A DNA stretch of 63,753 nucleotides from Candidatus Nanoarchaeia archaeon (GCA_028693395.1 JAQUVJ010000002.1:1-63753); one strand, 5' to 3'; positions 32,597 to 42,720 are shown, counted from the first letter of the stretch. A program made the numbers and translations. Notes: generated from the letters alone by a model not told the origin.

Positions 32597-32832
32597 TCAC
32601 TTCCATATACAGCAAAAAGAATAAAAAGTGAACTGAATGCGCCATAAAGAACATGAGAAATAATAGCAAAAAATTCACTTATATCAACATAAAAAAGATA
32701 ACAAAGAAGACTGATAAAAACAGTAATTAAATATATTACTATTTGTAATTCTCTTTTTTGATATCTCATAAATTCATGAATGATTGCCAATGCACAACAC
32801 GAAAGAAATGTCAGAATTAGACTAATCAGCAT
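32593..32832 (-). CDS. small membrane protein
   Basis: ATG 32832 directly after upstream stop; track start 32874 would overlap by 41 nt. Confidence 0.55.
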   Translation of the reverse strand: MLISLILTFLSCCALAIIHEFMRYQKRELQIVIYLITVFISLLCYLFYVDISEFFAIISHVLYGAFSSLFILFAVYGSE

Positions 32833-32833
32833 T

Positions 32834-33157
32834 TTAATAACATGTTGGCATTTCCATGCCATGATATTCTTCATAAATTTCTAGAAATTTATCTTCATAA
32901 AGATGATTAAAAAATCCAACTTCATCTAAAAATATATAAGAATTTGGTGCTGCTGTACATTTTTGTGTTTTATTAAAATAATGTATTAGTGTTTTATCTC
33001 CAAGTTTTTCTAAAACTATAGTTTCTATAAAACTTTTACCCAGAAATTCTTTAACTTCTTCTAGATTCTCACCAGTCCATTTAATTGCTTCTATTGTCGG
33101 AATTTTTCTTTTGAATGTTCGAACATAATTTTCTTTATTATGCATAATATATATCAC
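32834..33157 (-). CDS. hypothetical protein
   Basis: 107-aa ORF. Confidence 0.6.
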   Translation of the reverse strand: MIYIMHNKENYVRTFKRKIPTIEAIKWTGENLEEVKEFLGKSFIETIVLEKLGDKTLIHYFNKTQKCTAAPNSYIFLDEVGFFNHLYEDKFLEIYEEYHGMEMPTCY

Positions 33158-33170
33158 CCTTTCATAATTT

Positions 33171-33407
33171 TTAAGAATGATCTATAAATTGAAAATGAGC
33201 AGAATTAAATGACCCGGATTTTTCTTTAAGAGTGAGTTTTGTATGCCATGATCTCACATCCACACTATCAATTGTATAATAATCATTTTTAACTAAGCCT
33301 TTTTTTATTGGATCATCATTAGATCCCCATTTAACTTGATCGGGATCATAATCAACAAATCTCACAACATCGCCAACTTTGAATTCATAATTATAATCTC
33401 TTTCCAA
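33171..33407 (-). CDS. hypothetical protein
   Basis: Track GTG 33419 lies inside the SD AAGGTGGAG; TTG 33407 is spaced 6 nt. Confidence 0.5.
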   Translation of the reverse strand: MERDYNYEFKVGDVVRFVDYDPDQVKWGSNDDPIKKGLVKNDYYTIDSVDVRSWHTKLTLKEKSGSFNSAHFQFIDHS

Positions 33408-33486
33408 TCCAATCTCCACCTTTCTATTATGTTATTATAACATAGAATTTAAAAAAAGTAAAGAGGGTAGTTTAACTACCCTCTTT

Positions 33487-34542
33487 TTAATTCTTCCATA
33501 GTGCTGAAGGCTTGAAAAGAGTAACCTTGGCTATTTCTTTCCAACCACTAGAACTAGTTTTTATAAAATTTGCGACTTGAAGAACAGTTCTAAGACTAAG
33601 TGATCTCAATTTTGTAGCATTATCATTAATCCAATCAACCATTTCACTTATTTGTTCCGGCTCCAAATTTAAATTATCAATCATATCAGTATTCATAATT
33701 ACATGATTAATTCTGATTAAAATTTCTTCAGCTTCATGAACGCCCAGATCAAGATAAATAGACCTTGACACCAGAGCAGAAAGATGAGGGGCCAATTTAT
33801 TTCCTTTACTAATCATCTTATCAAAATTAAGATTGCTTATAAAAACTACTGTACCATTAAATTCAAAACGATTAGGAATATCTGCTTCTTCCAGTGCTTT
33901 AGAGACAGTATTCCAGCTTATAACTCTTTTAAGACCAGAATCCAGAGCAGCTTTAAGGATATTCAAAGCAACATCATCATAAAATACAGAATCAGCATCA
34001 TCAAAAACAAGAACATTTCCTTCATCTTTATGTTCCCAAAGAGACATATACAACCCAATAGGCGAACACTGACCTTTGATAAATGTATATTTTTGAATTA
34101 TTCCATCTTCATGAGCTTTTTCAAGTTTTGTTTCAACACCATAGGTTTTACCAACACCAGGAGCAGCAGAAATAATTAAACTTTTAATAGAATTGTAAAT
34201 AATACCATCAGTCATTATATTCATTACATTAAAACGACTACTTATTCTTTCAATCATTTCACTTGGAGTTTCTTTTTTGGTATTGACAATATCAGCAGTT
34301 TCTTCTATATTAGATGAATCTGTATTATTATTATTATTTACCGCTTCTCTATCCGTATAATGAAAATCTGTCATATTTACCCAAATCCCTTTTGACTTTC
34401 CATTTATATTTACAAAAATCTTGCCATCTTTATCCGAATTTCCATTGGGGATAAATCTTGTTTCAACAAAATCTCTTACAACCTCAAATTCACCATTGAT
34501 AACTTGTCCGTAAGAAACTCCTTCTTTGATGTAAACTCGCAT
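33487..34542 (-). CDS. AAA+/P-loop ATPase
   Basis: Walker A SAAPGVGKTY, Walker B VLVFDDADS; N-terminal 110 aa unrecognised. Confidence 0.7.
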   Translation of the reverse strand: MRVYIKEGVSYGQVINGEFEVVRDFVETRFIPNGNSDKDGKIFVNINGKSKGIWVNMTDFHYTDREAVNNNNNTDSSNIEETADIVNTKKETPSEMIERISSRFNVMNIMTDGIIYNSIKSLIISAAPGVGKTYGVETKLEKAHEDGIIQKYTFIKGQCSPIGLYMSLWEHKDEGNVLVFDDADSVFYDDVALNILKAALDSGLKRVISWNTVSKALEEADIPNRFEFNGTVVFISNLNFDKMISKGNKLAPHLSALVSRSIYLDLGVHEAEEILIRINHVIMNTDMIDNLNLEPEQISEMVDWINDNATKLRSLSLRTVLQVANFIKTSSSGWKEIAKVTLFKPSALWKN

Positions 34543-34598
34543 GATTTTGTAACCTCCGTCGTTTTAAGATTTTTTTCTTCTTCGTCTCAACAGAAGCT

Positions 34599-34627
34599 AT
34601 TATATCACACGGTTTAAATAAAATCAA
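34599..34627 (-). promoter_or_regulatory. sigma70-type promoter for ATPase gene
   Basis: TTGATT-17 nt-TGA-TATAAT. Confidence 0.6.
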
Positions 34628-34649
34628 GCCGTTTTAACTTAAAACGGCT
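34627..34649 (-). terminator. terminator hairpin after 34687..35031
   Basis: AGCCGTTTTA/TAAAACGGCT stem. Confidence 0.6.
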
Positions 34650-34686
34650 CAACAAAGATAGATTGAATTTTTAGATTTTAAAATTC

Positions 34687-35031
34687 TTATAACCAACTTG
34701 CATCAATTATTTCAGGCGTTCCAAGAGCTTCAATAAGTTTTAAATATAAATTATGTGAGTTAAATGATCCCCATGATAAATTTAAAGAGTTATAAAATTC
34801 ATAGATATCACAATCCGTGTCCACATTACAAATTAGAAACTCATTGTTCTTTCCACTTATATACAATCCGCAATCTATTTGTTTAAATAAATCTTGCATC
34901 GATTTAGTTTTATTAAAATTTAAATTATTTTTATTCATATATTCTTTTATAATCATCATAACAGTATGATAATTCTTTTCATGCAATTCCCAACCTATTC
35001 CAAATATTGAATCAATATTACTATATTTCAT
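34687..35031 (-). CDS. hypothetical protein
   Basis: 114-aa ORF. Confidence 0.6.
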   Translation of the reverse strand: MKYSNIDSIFGIGWELHEKNYHTVMMIIKEYMNKNNLNFNKTKSMQDLFKQIDCGLYISGKNNEFLICNVDTDCDIYEFYNSLNLSWGSFNSHNLYLKLIEALGTPEIIDASWL

Positions 35032-35078
35032 TTAAAAAATCCTTTCTAAATTAAAAATTAATAAAGGGGGTGTTCTCA

Positions 35079-35372
35079 TTGATAAATTTAACAGGTATAT
35101 TTTGTATTAATAATTTATTAATTATTAGTTTGCTAATATGTATTACATTTGCATTACTTATGGTTCAAATTTCATTTACGAAATTTATGAAGACTAAAGA
35201 AAAGAAATTATTAATTCCCTTTGCTAATGGGGTTTTATATATTTTTATGAATATCGATTGGCTTATTACACAACAAACATTAGAAGTTGGTTATTTACGT
35301 GATATTATATGGAATATAATAGAATTATGTTTTATATATATTATAATTATTTTAATTAAAGATAATTATTAA
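35079..35372 (+). CDS. small membrane protein
   Basis: AAAGGGGG SD 8 nt before TTG 35079 (track GTG 35070 abuts the SD); 3 hydrophobic helices. Confidence 0.5.
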   Translation: MINLTGIFCINNLLIISLLICITFALLMVQISFTKFMKTKEKKLLIPFANGVLYIFMNIDWLITQQTLEVGYLRDIIWNIIELCFIYIIIILIKDNY

Positions 35373-35662
35373 TCTATTATAACATTTACCTGTGAATTTG
35401 AATTTAAAATATCATTTTTCATTTTTTCAATTTCTTTTAATTCGTCATATTTTTGTCTAATAATTTCTTGTTCTTTTTCATATAATGTCAATAAATCAAT
35501 TCCTTTATATGCCATTTTTTCAAGATTTTTTAATACGATATTAAAATCTGGTGCAAATTTTTCATATATATAACCAATTACATTCCCTGTATTATCTAAA
35601 AGCTGATAATGTTTATGATTATCAGCTTTATTTAATTTAAAAAAATAATCTTCTTCAGACAT
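35369..35662 (-). CDS. hypothetical protein
   Basis: 97-aa ORF. Confidence 0.6.
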   Translation of the reverse strand: MSEEDYFFKLNKADNHKHYQLLDNTGNVIGYIYEKFAPDFNIVLKNLEKMAYKGIDLLTLYEKEQEIIRQKYDELKEIEKMKNDILNSNSQVNVIID

Positions 35663-35744
35663 ATTTTAAAACCCTTTCTTTTTTTAGTTTTAAGTCACTT
35701 TTTAAAATCTTCATCAAAAAATTTAAAATTTTTTGAAAATAATT

Positions 35745-35987
35745 CTATTCTTTAAAAAATTCATTAAGCAAAGAATATAAATTTTTTAATTCTTCTAATG
35801 ATAATGAAATGCCTTTTCCAAAAATTTGTTTATATGGATCTTCATTTTCTTTCATTTTTCTAATATCATAATAAATTTTTGTGTCTTTAGTATCTGACAC
35901 TTCCAATTCAGAAAATTTTGTGACCCATCCAGATTTGTCTGATTTTGAAATATATCCAATAAGTGATTTTTCTTTAAATTCAGCCAT
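35745..35987 (-). CDS. PC4/YdbC-like ssDNA-binding protein
   Basis: GW.TKF...YYDIRKM...GKGISLSLEELKNLYSLL fits the bacterial PC4-like (YdbC) pattern. Confidence 0.6.
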   Translation of the reverse strand: MAEFKEKSLIGYISKSDKSGWVTKFSELEVSDTKDTKIYYDIRKMKENEDPYKQIFGKGISLSLEELKNLYSLLNEFFKE

Positions 35988-36000
35988 TTAAAATTCCCCT

Positions 36001-36576
36001 CTATTTCATTATGTTATTAACTTTATTTAAAATTGTTTGATTAAAATTATCAAATTCTTCTATTAAACTTTTAGAAAGTTCTGTTAGTGTAGCTTCTACT
36101 GCTTTTGGTATTGAACTTTTTATCAAACTTACATCAAAAATTAAATTTTTAACTTGTTCTTCAATTTCTCTATTTTTAAAATCTAAATTACCAATAATAT
36201 CTAAAATATTTACATCTGAAAATAATGAAATTTTTTCATTTATTTTGAACACCTTTGAATCTATTCTATCTAATCTACTATTCACTACATGATTATTCTT
36301 AATAAATTTATCTTTATCTAACAGCAATTGTTCTATTTTAGTATTTAAATTTCTAATTTGATTATTAATTTTAGTTATATCATCTTTAATTATATTATTT
36401 GATATAATAAGACATTGTATATCTTCTTTAATAAAATTTTTAGAATGAATTAAAGATTCTATTTTTTCATTTAATTCTTTGTTATTTTTTTTCAAATCAA
36501 TAATTGTAAATACAATTAACATTAATACCAAACTAATAATCATTATTACAACCAAATTAATATTTTCCATAATCAT
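36001..36576 (-). CDS. N-terminally anchored coiled-coil protein
   Basis: TM helix then heptad-rich Asn/Ile/Lys region. Confidence 0.6.
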   Translation of the reverse strand: MIMENINLVVIMIISLVLMLIVFTIIDLKKNNKELNEKIESLIHSKNFIKEDIQCLIISNNIIKDDITKINNQIRNLNTKIEQLLLDKDKFIKNNHVVNSRLDRIDSKVFKINEKISLFSDVNILDIIGNLDFKNREIEEQVKNLIFDVSLIKSSIPKAVEATLTELSKSLIEEFDNFNQTILNKVNNIMK

Positions 36577-36758
36577 TATCCTTTATAAAAATTTTGATAA
36601 TTCTGTTTAATTATTTTAGATTTTTCTTGAACATAACTATGACTGCTATTAACTTTAATAATCATTTCATTGACTGAATTTTTAAAATCAATTAAACTTC
36701 TTTTAAAATTTTCTGCCGCTAAATAAGATCTTCTCGTTAATTTTTTTAAGTTTTCCAT
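36576..36758 (-). CDS. hypothetical protein
   Basis: 60-aa ORF abutting both neighbours. Confidence 0.5.
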   Translation of the reverse strand: MENLKKLTRRSYLAAENFKRSLIDFKNSVNEMIIKVNSSHSYVQEKSKIIKQNYQNFYKG

Positions 36759-37222
36759 TATTGACCATCCTCAATTATTTTTTCGTATGCTTTTTTCAAT
36801 GAATCTTTAATATGACTAATATTAAAATTATAAGATTCGGTATTTTTTTCAAGTTCTTCTAGTTTTAAATTAATATTATTTATATTTTCTATTAAGTTTT
36901 TTAGAATTTCATCATCTAAATTTTCTGATTTATTAATTAAATCTACGCTTTCAATTAAAACTTGAAGTTCTTTATTATTATTTAAAATATATGTTTCTAA
37001 ATTTGTTTTAATATTAGAAATGTCATGATATTTCACTTGAAGATTAGAAACTTTCTCTTCTAAATAGTTAATTGTGCTTCTATCTTCATCTCTATCAATT
37101 TCAAGTAGTGTTATTTTTTTCTTTAAATTATTAAATATTGTATTAATCGCACAAAAACTCTGATAAACTATAATAGCTATTATAATTATACTAATAATCA
37201 CAAATTGCATAATTATCATCAT
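36758..37222 (-). CDS. N-terminally anchored coiled-coil protein
   Basis: Same architecture as 36001..36576. Confidence 0.6.
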   Translation of the reverse strand: MMIIMQFVIISIIIIAIIVYQSFCAINTIFNNLKKKITLLEIDRDEDRSTINYLEEKVSNLQVKYHDISNIKTNLETYILNNNKELQVLIESVDLINKSENLDDEILKNLIENINNINLKLEELEKNTESYNFNISHIKDSLKKAYEKIIEDGQ

Positions 37223-37673
37223 CTCCTTTTATACCTTGAAATTCTTTGCATATTTCCCATATAGTTATCGGTTTAGTAGTTAAAAATTTAACATAATGCG
37301 AATAGTTTTTAAAATGTAAAAAATCATAATGATCATACCCTAAAAGAGTTCTATTAGTTTTAAATATATAACTAGTTTTAAATTCTTTTAATTTTTCCAA
37401 TATTTGTTCTGAATAATTTAAATTTTTTAATATACGCGGCTTGAATATATTAGAGCCGTCGATATCAATGCTTTCAAAATGTTCTTTTAAAATCTTAACA
37501 TTGTCATATTCATAAAATTCAATAACATACATCTTTTTTTCATCATCATAATAAAGCGTCAATTCTTTATATTTAATTTCCGAGTTAAAAGATGTTAAAT
37601 TTTCAAAAGGCATAGGAATAATAATAATTTCTTCCCTTCTAATTTTAATTGCGCCAAAATCCGAATTATACAT
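37191..37673 (-). CDS. hypothetical protein
   Basis: 160-aa ORF. Confidence 0.6.
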   Translation of the reverse strand: MYNSDFGAIKIRREEIIIIPMPFENLTSFNSEIKYKELTLYYDDEKKMYVIEFYEYDNVKILKEHFESIDIDGSNIFKPRILKNLNYSEQILEKLKEFKTSYIFKTNRTLLGYDHYDFLHFKNYSHYVKFLTTKPITIWEICKEFQGIKGDDDNYAICDY

Positions 37674-37764
37674 TTCTTAATCAACCTTTCTTTAAAAACT
37701 ACAATCTCATTATTATCATTATAGCATAAAAACTATTCAATGTCAATAAAAAAAGACTTCTGAT

Positions 37765-38436
37765 TTAGAAGTCTTTTTTTGCTTTAATAAAATTCTTTTT
37801 TGTTTTGCTGAATGAATCTTGAAAAATAATCTGAAAACCTTTATATTCAAAAAAATTATCAGGTATGATATAATGATAAATCTTTTTAGAAAAAAATAAT
37901 TTTTTTTCCATATAATCAATTCCTAATTTATCATGGAAAGTGATCATAGAATTAGCTACAAATTCTGTGCATGACATTCTTTTATTACAATCAAAATTCA
38001 TTGAAAAATCATAAGGAATCCCAATAAAGCTTTTTGCATTATTAATAACAATTGAAATTTCCTCTGAATTTAAATTGGGTCTTGCAATTACTAACATGTC
38101 GCAACGTAAAAATCGATAAATACTTTCTTCAAAAACCCCATCTTGCATAGAATGTAGTACTTTACCATCACCGATATAAATTCCCACATGAGAGAATAGT
38201 CCTGGAATAAAATAAACATCTAAAAAATCAACATAACCTCGAATTAAAACATCACCTGGTTGAACAGTATTTAAAATTTTTAATTCATCTTGTTCATTTA
38301 AGCGATAGCCTTTAGGATTATAAACAATAAAAAATGGATATGGGAAAATTTTAATTCTACCAAAAATTTTAAGAAATGCTGACCAAATTGCATATAATTT
38401 CACTTTTAATACATTTTTTAAAAACTGTAATTTCAT
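37765..38436 (-). CDS. YiiX-like permuted papain-fold (C92) hydrolase
   Basis: PGDVLIRG...FSHVGIYIGDGKVLHS...RMSCTEFV pattern. Confidence 0.5.
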   Translation of the reverse strand: MKLQFLKNVLKVKLYAIWSAFLKIFGRIKIFPYPFFIVYNPKGYRLNEQDELKILNTVQPGDVLIRGYVDFLDVYFIPGLFSHVGIYIGDGKVLHSMQDGVFEESIYRFLRCDMLVIARPNLNSEEISIVINNAKSFIGIPYDFSMNFDCNKRMSCTEFVANSMITFHDKLGIDYMEKKLFFSKKIYHYIIPDNFFEYKGFQIIFQDSFSKTKKNFIKAKKDF

Positions 38437-38460
38437 AAAAATCTCCTAAAAATTAAATTA

Positions 38461-39240
38461 TTATCTATTATTTAAAAAATAATCTATGGTTACATCGTCT
38501 ATTTTCCCATCAAATCTCATATCAAATAATATTTGACTTAATTTAGAGATTAAATCATCAACATATTCAGAATCATTATTTTTAGAAATGGCTAAAAATG
38601 CCATTTCTTTTGCTAGCACCATGACAATTCTAGAGTGTGGCAACTCTTCATTTCTTGCTCTCATTTGCCATTCAGTGAACAAGATAGCTAAAATGTCATT
38701 AACGTAGACATCAATTACACCATCTCTTAGTTTTCTAACACCATCTAAATTATCAATAACGTCAACAACTTCATATATGTTTCTATCTTGAAATTCACGA
38801 ATAACCGGAAAATTAAATCCTTTATTAACTCCAATAGTTTTATTTTTAAATGATTGCGGCCACGGTTCAATAGGCAATTCCGTAAAATTTCTATTAATAA
38901 CTGCAACTAATCCCTCTTCCATTAAAAAAATGGAATAATCGACCCAAGGTCTTTCATCTGGTCTAAAATATGGAGGGAATAAAGCTAAAATTTCACCCGA
39001 TTCGAGTTTTTTAATACCTTCTGACCAACTAATAGGAACAAATTTAAAAGTGTAATCTTCTAACTTTTCATCAACAATTTTTAATAAATCAACATAAATG
39101 TCAGATGATTCATTATTTTCATTAACATATGCATATGGAGGATAACTTTCGTCATGATATAACTCAACTTCTATTATATTAGCAAATAAATTAATTGGAT
39201 AAATAAACAAAAATATAATCAAAAAAAATATTTTATACAC
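38461..39240 (-). CDS. secreted solute-binding-like protein (SBP family 3-like)
   Basis: Signal peptide MYKIFFLIIFLFIYPINLFA; YPPYAY...W.EG...L..G.. pattern. Confidence 0.45.
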   Translation of the reverse strand: MYKIFFLIIFLFIYPINLFANIIEVELYHDESYPPYAYVNENNESSDIYVDLLKIVDEKLEDYTFKFVPISWSEGIKKLESGEILALFPPYFRPDERPWVDYSIFLMEEGLVAVINRNFTELPIEPWPQSFKNKTIGVNKGFNFPVIREFQDRNIYEVVDVIDNLDGVRKLRDGVIDVYVNDILAILFTEWQMRARNEELPHSRIVMVLAKEMAFLAISKNNDSEYVDDLISKLSQILFDMRFDGKIDDVTIDYFLNNR

Positions 39241-39371
39241 TCTGCACTTCTCCTAAATTTAAGTTTAAACAATCATTTCTGCAATGACAGTTTCTACTTT
39301 ATTAAGTTTTATTTTAATATAAAAAAAGAGGAGCTAATATAGCTCCTCTTCTTAATTTAACCAATTTTTAA

Positions 39372-40826
39372 TTAAAAACTTACGTTAGTTTTAAATCTAA
39401 TTAGATGGTCGTCCGTTTTGTTAAGATTCTCAAATTTTAGATTATCATAACTAAGTTCAAATGATAGTGAAGGTGTATATTTATGAATAACACCAACTGA
39501 CCAATTTGTAACTTTTTGATCAACTGTATTTTCTTGTGTTACCAGTACATATCGACCAAATGTAGACCATGTATCAGACCATTTTTGTTCAAGTTTACCA
39601 AACCAAGCATTTGTTCTTTCATCAAATGCCATATTACTTCTACTTACAGCAAATACTACATCAGCACTATATTTTGCAAAAGGATCATTCTGAAGAACAA
39701 ATCCAGCATCCCAATTATTATATTCAACCCAAAGATTTGTATATTTTAGAGTTGACTGAGGAACAAAGAAACCTACTCTATAAGCGTTAGGATTAGATTC
39801 ATTTGTTACCATCCAGAAAGGATCAAGATTCTGTCTCCAATATTCACCAAATACTAGGAAATAATTTCTAAAATTATATCTAGAATTAATATTATATGCA
39901 GTTACATTATCATTAGTTCCTAGAGTAGTAGCATCTTTAAAATTCCAATGGAAATATTGTAGACCTATTTGGAAATTTTCTGTAGCAAAATCGGCTCTTG
40001 CACCATAAGCTAGAACATCACTATTTGGATCCATAAGATCTTTATTATGAGTATTTCCAAAATCTTCTCTATTTATAAAAGCAGATGCATAGAAATTAGC
40101 ATTGAAAACTTTTGTAAATAAGAAACCATCTTTTTGAACATCTGTAAACCAAGGTTTATTATCTACATGGTATCCCCAATCAAGAGTAAATCTACCAATA
40201 GTCATATCAAAATCAAATGGCATCTTTACTTTAATAAAGAAATTTTTCCAATATAGATTATCAAGATTAGTATCGTTATCAGCAGCTAGAGTTGCATGAA
40301 AACTTACTTTATCATCTACAATTTTTCCGAAATGCAGTTCAGCGGTATCAAATCTAAACTTTTCTTTATTTGAAAGGCCATATACTGAATCATTTTCACC
40401 AGCAAAATCCGCAAAAAATGTAAACTGACCTGATAGTTTCCATCCACCAAGATTATCTTCAAGAACTGCTACTCTGGAATCCAGTTCATTTACTTTTACA
40501 CCAAGTGCAACAAGTTCATTTTTAAATTCAATTACAAGTTGTTTTAGAAGTGCCACATCTTGTTTAGACGCTTTCATAAGATCTACATTTGCTAGAGTTC
40601 TGGCTACAACAGATGCTAATTCATATCTTGTAGCAGGTTTATTTCCCCTAAAAGTTCCATCCTCATATCCAGTTACAATGCCTCTTGCATTTAACTGTGA
40701 TACTGCATCATATGCCCAATTGCCTAGAGGTACATCAACAAAAGGATTAATATTACCAAATCCAATACTAGCAATACTAAATACCATAAATACTGATACT
40801 ACTACACTAAAAATTACTTTTTTCAA
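39372..40826 (-). CDS. SLH-domain outer-membrane porin
   Basis: Signal peptide; SLH motif FVDVPLGNWAYDAVSQLNARGIVTGYEDGTFRGNKPATRYELASVVAR; coiled-coil linker; alternating beta-strand C-terminal half ending in Phe. Confidence 0.75.
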   Translation of the reverse strand: MKKVIFSVVVSVFMVFSIASIGFGNINPFVDVPLGNWAYDAVSQLNARGIVTGYEDGTFRGNKPATRYELASVVARTLANVDLMKASKQDVALLKQLVIEFKNELVALGVKVNELDSRVAVLEDNLGGWKLSGQFTFFADFAGENDSVYGLSNKEKFRFDTAELHFGKIVDDKVSFHATLAADNDTNLDNLYWKNFFIKVKMPFDFDMTIGRFTLDWGYHVDNKPWFTDVQKDGFLFTKVFNANFYASAFINREDFGNTHNKDLMDPNSDVLAYGARADFATENFQIGLQYFHWNFKDATTLGTNDNVTAYNINSRYNFRNYFLVFGEYWRQNLDPFWMVTNESNPNAYRVGFFVPQSTLKYTNLWVEYNNWDAGFVLQNDPFAKYSADVVFAVSRSNMAFDERTNAWFGKLEQKWSDTWSTFGRYVLVTQENTVDQKVTNWSVGVIHKYTPSLSFELSYDNLKFENLNKTDDHLIRFKTNVSF

Positions 40827-41054
40827 GATTCAAAAACCCTCCAAAAATATATAATATTGTTTTTGAATTGTTTTAATATAAAAGTTGCCTCGTTTCCTTT
40901 TAATTAAATCAATTCTTCAAAAGACATAGGATTAATCCCATCATTTAATTTCTTAAACGTCATAGGATTTCTAATAGAAATTTGCGCTATTTTACTAATT
41001 ATTATAGAAATATCACCACACTTTCTTATGGAAAGAATTTTAGAATTTAAAATC

Positions 41055-41240
41055 CTATTCTTCTTCATTTATTTCCATATCTTCAAAAGTAATATCTACA
41101 TCATCTTGAATTGCTAGAGAATTAACTCCTTCTTTTTTCAGAAGATTAATAACTTTACCTTTAATCTTTTCAATTGCTTTACCATTGCCCGCTAGACTAA
41201 ATAGAATTCTCACATCATGGTTTTCAACTGTACTTTTCAC
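41055..41240 (-). CDS. hypothetical protein
   Basis: 61-aa ORF, GTG start after AAAGGATGA. Confidence 0.5.
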   Translation of the reverse strand: MKSTVENHDVRILFSLAGNGKAIEKIKGKVINLLKKEGVNSLAIQDDVDITFEDMEINEEE

Positions 41241-41264
41241 TTAAATCATCCTTTCAATATTAAC

Positions 41265-41309
41265 TTCTAAGATTTTTCTATTTTAACACATTGAAATCGT
41301 TTTGTCAAG
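41265..41309 (-). promoter_or_regulatory. duplicated promoter, copy A
   Basis: TTGACA-17 nt-TAAAAT; 45 bp identical to 42485-42529. Confidence 0.6.
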
Positions 41310-41714
41310 CTATTTTTTAAAATAAGATTCAAAGTCATTTTTAACTTTTTCTTCATCAAGAAAGTGTGGAAAATTTTTAATTATTAAGTCTAAAAAGTTT
41401 TTAAAAAGATTCAATAAATCAATTTCATTGTTCATTAAAATATTATTTGTTAAGATAAATGAATATGTTGGTATAGAAACTAAATCACCAGTATCATCTA
41501 ATTCTAGAATTGTTTTTTTAATGATAACACTACCAAAAAAACCTTTACGATCATGATTTTCAAAAATTGAAATAATAGTAGATATGGGAATATCATCATC
41601 TTTTACAATTTTAGAATATTCTTTTTTAAAAACTTCAAAAGCTTCATTATACTGCATTTTATCTGAACAATATACAGTAGTTTCTTTTTCATTAAATTCA
41701 ACATTAAATCCCAC
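41310..41714 (-). CDS. hypothetical protein
   Basis: 134-aa ORF, GTG start after AAAGGTGA. Confidence 0.6.
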   Translation of the reverse strand: MGFNVEFNEKETTVYCSDKMQYNEAFEVFKKEYSKIVKDDDIPISTIISIFENHDRKGFFGSVIIKKTILELDDTGDLVSIPTYSFILTNNILMNNEIDLLNLFKNFLDLIIKNFPHFLDEEKVKNDFESYFKK

Positions 41715-41746
41715 TATTCATCATCACCTTTCAAAAGAAGATTTAA

Positions 41747-42388
41747 CTAAACATTTAAATTAGTTAGTTCTTCTTTCATTGCTACTAAATCTCCTATTCC
41801 CAAATCTAAATTATCTTTATTCAAAAGTTTAGAATTTAAACCTATAAAATTTGGTGAAGATTTTTTTTCAAAATAATTTCCTTCGTCAAAAACTTTTCCG
41901 AAATTAAAAACAACTTTACAAAATTTGACTTTTTTAAGTTCTTCTGCAAAATTTAAAAATTCATTCAAATCTTTTAGAAAATCACTTTTATTAATGCCTA
42001 TTTTTTGAATTTCTTCTATTTCATAAGCTTTTTCAGTTGGAATTGTATCGTGCAAAAAGGCATTGTGTTTAATAAATCTAATTGCTATTTGATTGGATCT
42101 AACATTAGAACAATTAAAATGAAAAGGCCCAATGTTATAATTTAAAATCCAATTTCCACTATTATTAGTTGTTATAAGTGCTTTTTTTTGTTTAAAAAAA
42201 TCACGCATTGGTTGCAATTCTTTATCAACTAATTCACTTATTTTTGTGTCATTTAAATCTTTTCTTTTAGATTTAACATAATCAAAAAGAACTGATGGAT
42301 TAAAACCTGAGATGATGGTATTTTTCACATTTGATAGTTCTAAAATCTCATTTAACAACATCTTGTAATTCTTTTCCAATTTTAGCAA
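41747..42388 (-). CDS. hypothetical protein
   Basis: 213-aa ORF; start uncertain (TTG 42388 or ATG 42361). Confidence 0.55.
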   Translation of the reverse strand: MLKLEKNYKMLLNEILELSNVKNTIISGFNPSVLFDYVKSKRKDLNDTKISELVDKELQPMRDFFKQKKALITTNNSGNWILNYNIGPFHFNCSNVRSNQIAIRFIKHNAFLHDTIPTEKAYEIEEIQKIGINKSDFLKDLNEFLNFAEELKKVKFCKVVFNFGKVFDEGNYFEKKSSPNFIGLNSKLLNKDNLDLGIGDLVAMKEELTNLNV

Positions 42389-42484
42389 CTTCTTTCTTAG
42401 TTATCTTATAATTAATTTTATAATTTTAAATTAATTGATAAAATTTATAAGCCACTAAGTTTTTAACCAAGTGGCTTAATAATT

Positions 42485-42529
42485 TCTAAGATTTTTCTAT
42501 TTTAACACATTGAAATCGTTTTGTCAAGT
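42485..42529 (-). promoter_or_regulatory. duplicated promoter, copy B
   Basis: Identical 45-mer; followed by hairpin AAGCCACT/AGTGGCTT in the leader. Confidence 0.6.
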
Positions 42530-42720
42530 TATTTTTTAAGATAAACTTTTAATGCTTTTTTAACTAAATCATTTTCTAAATCTTCTGTTGAAACATCTTT
42601 GCATTGATTTAAACATGCACACATTCTTCTTGCTAGTTCTGGATCATCCGTTTCAAATAAAATTTTATCTTCTTCATCAATAACATTATCATCTTTGGTT
42701 AAAAATATAAATTCCGTCAT
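42529..42720 (-). CDS. hypothetical acidic protein
   Basis: 63-aa ORF. Confidence 0.55.
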   Translation of the reverse strand: MTEFIFLTKDDNVIDEEDKILFETDDPELARRMCACLNQCKDVSTEDLENDLVKKALKVYLKK

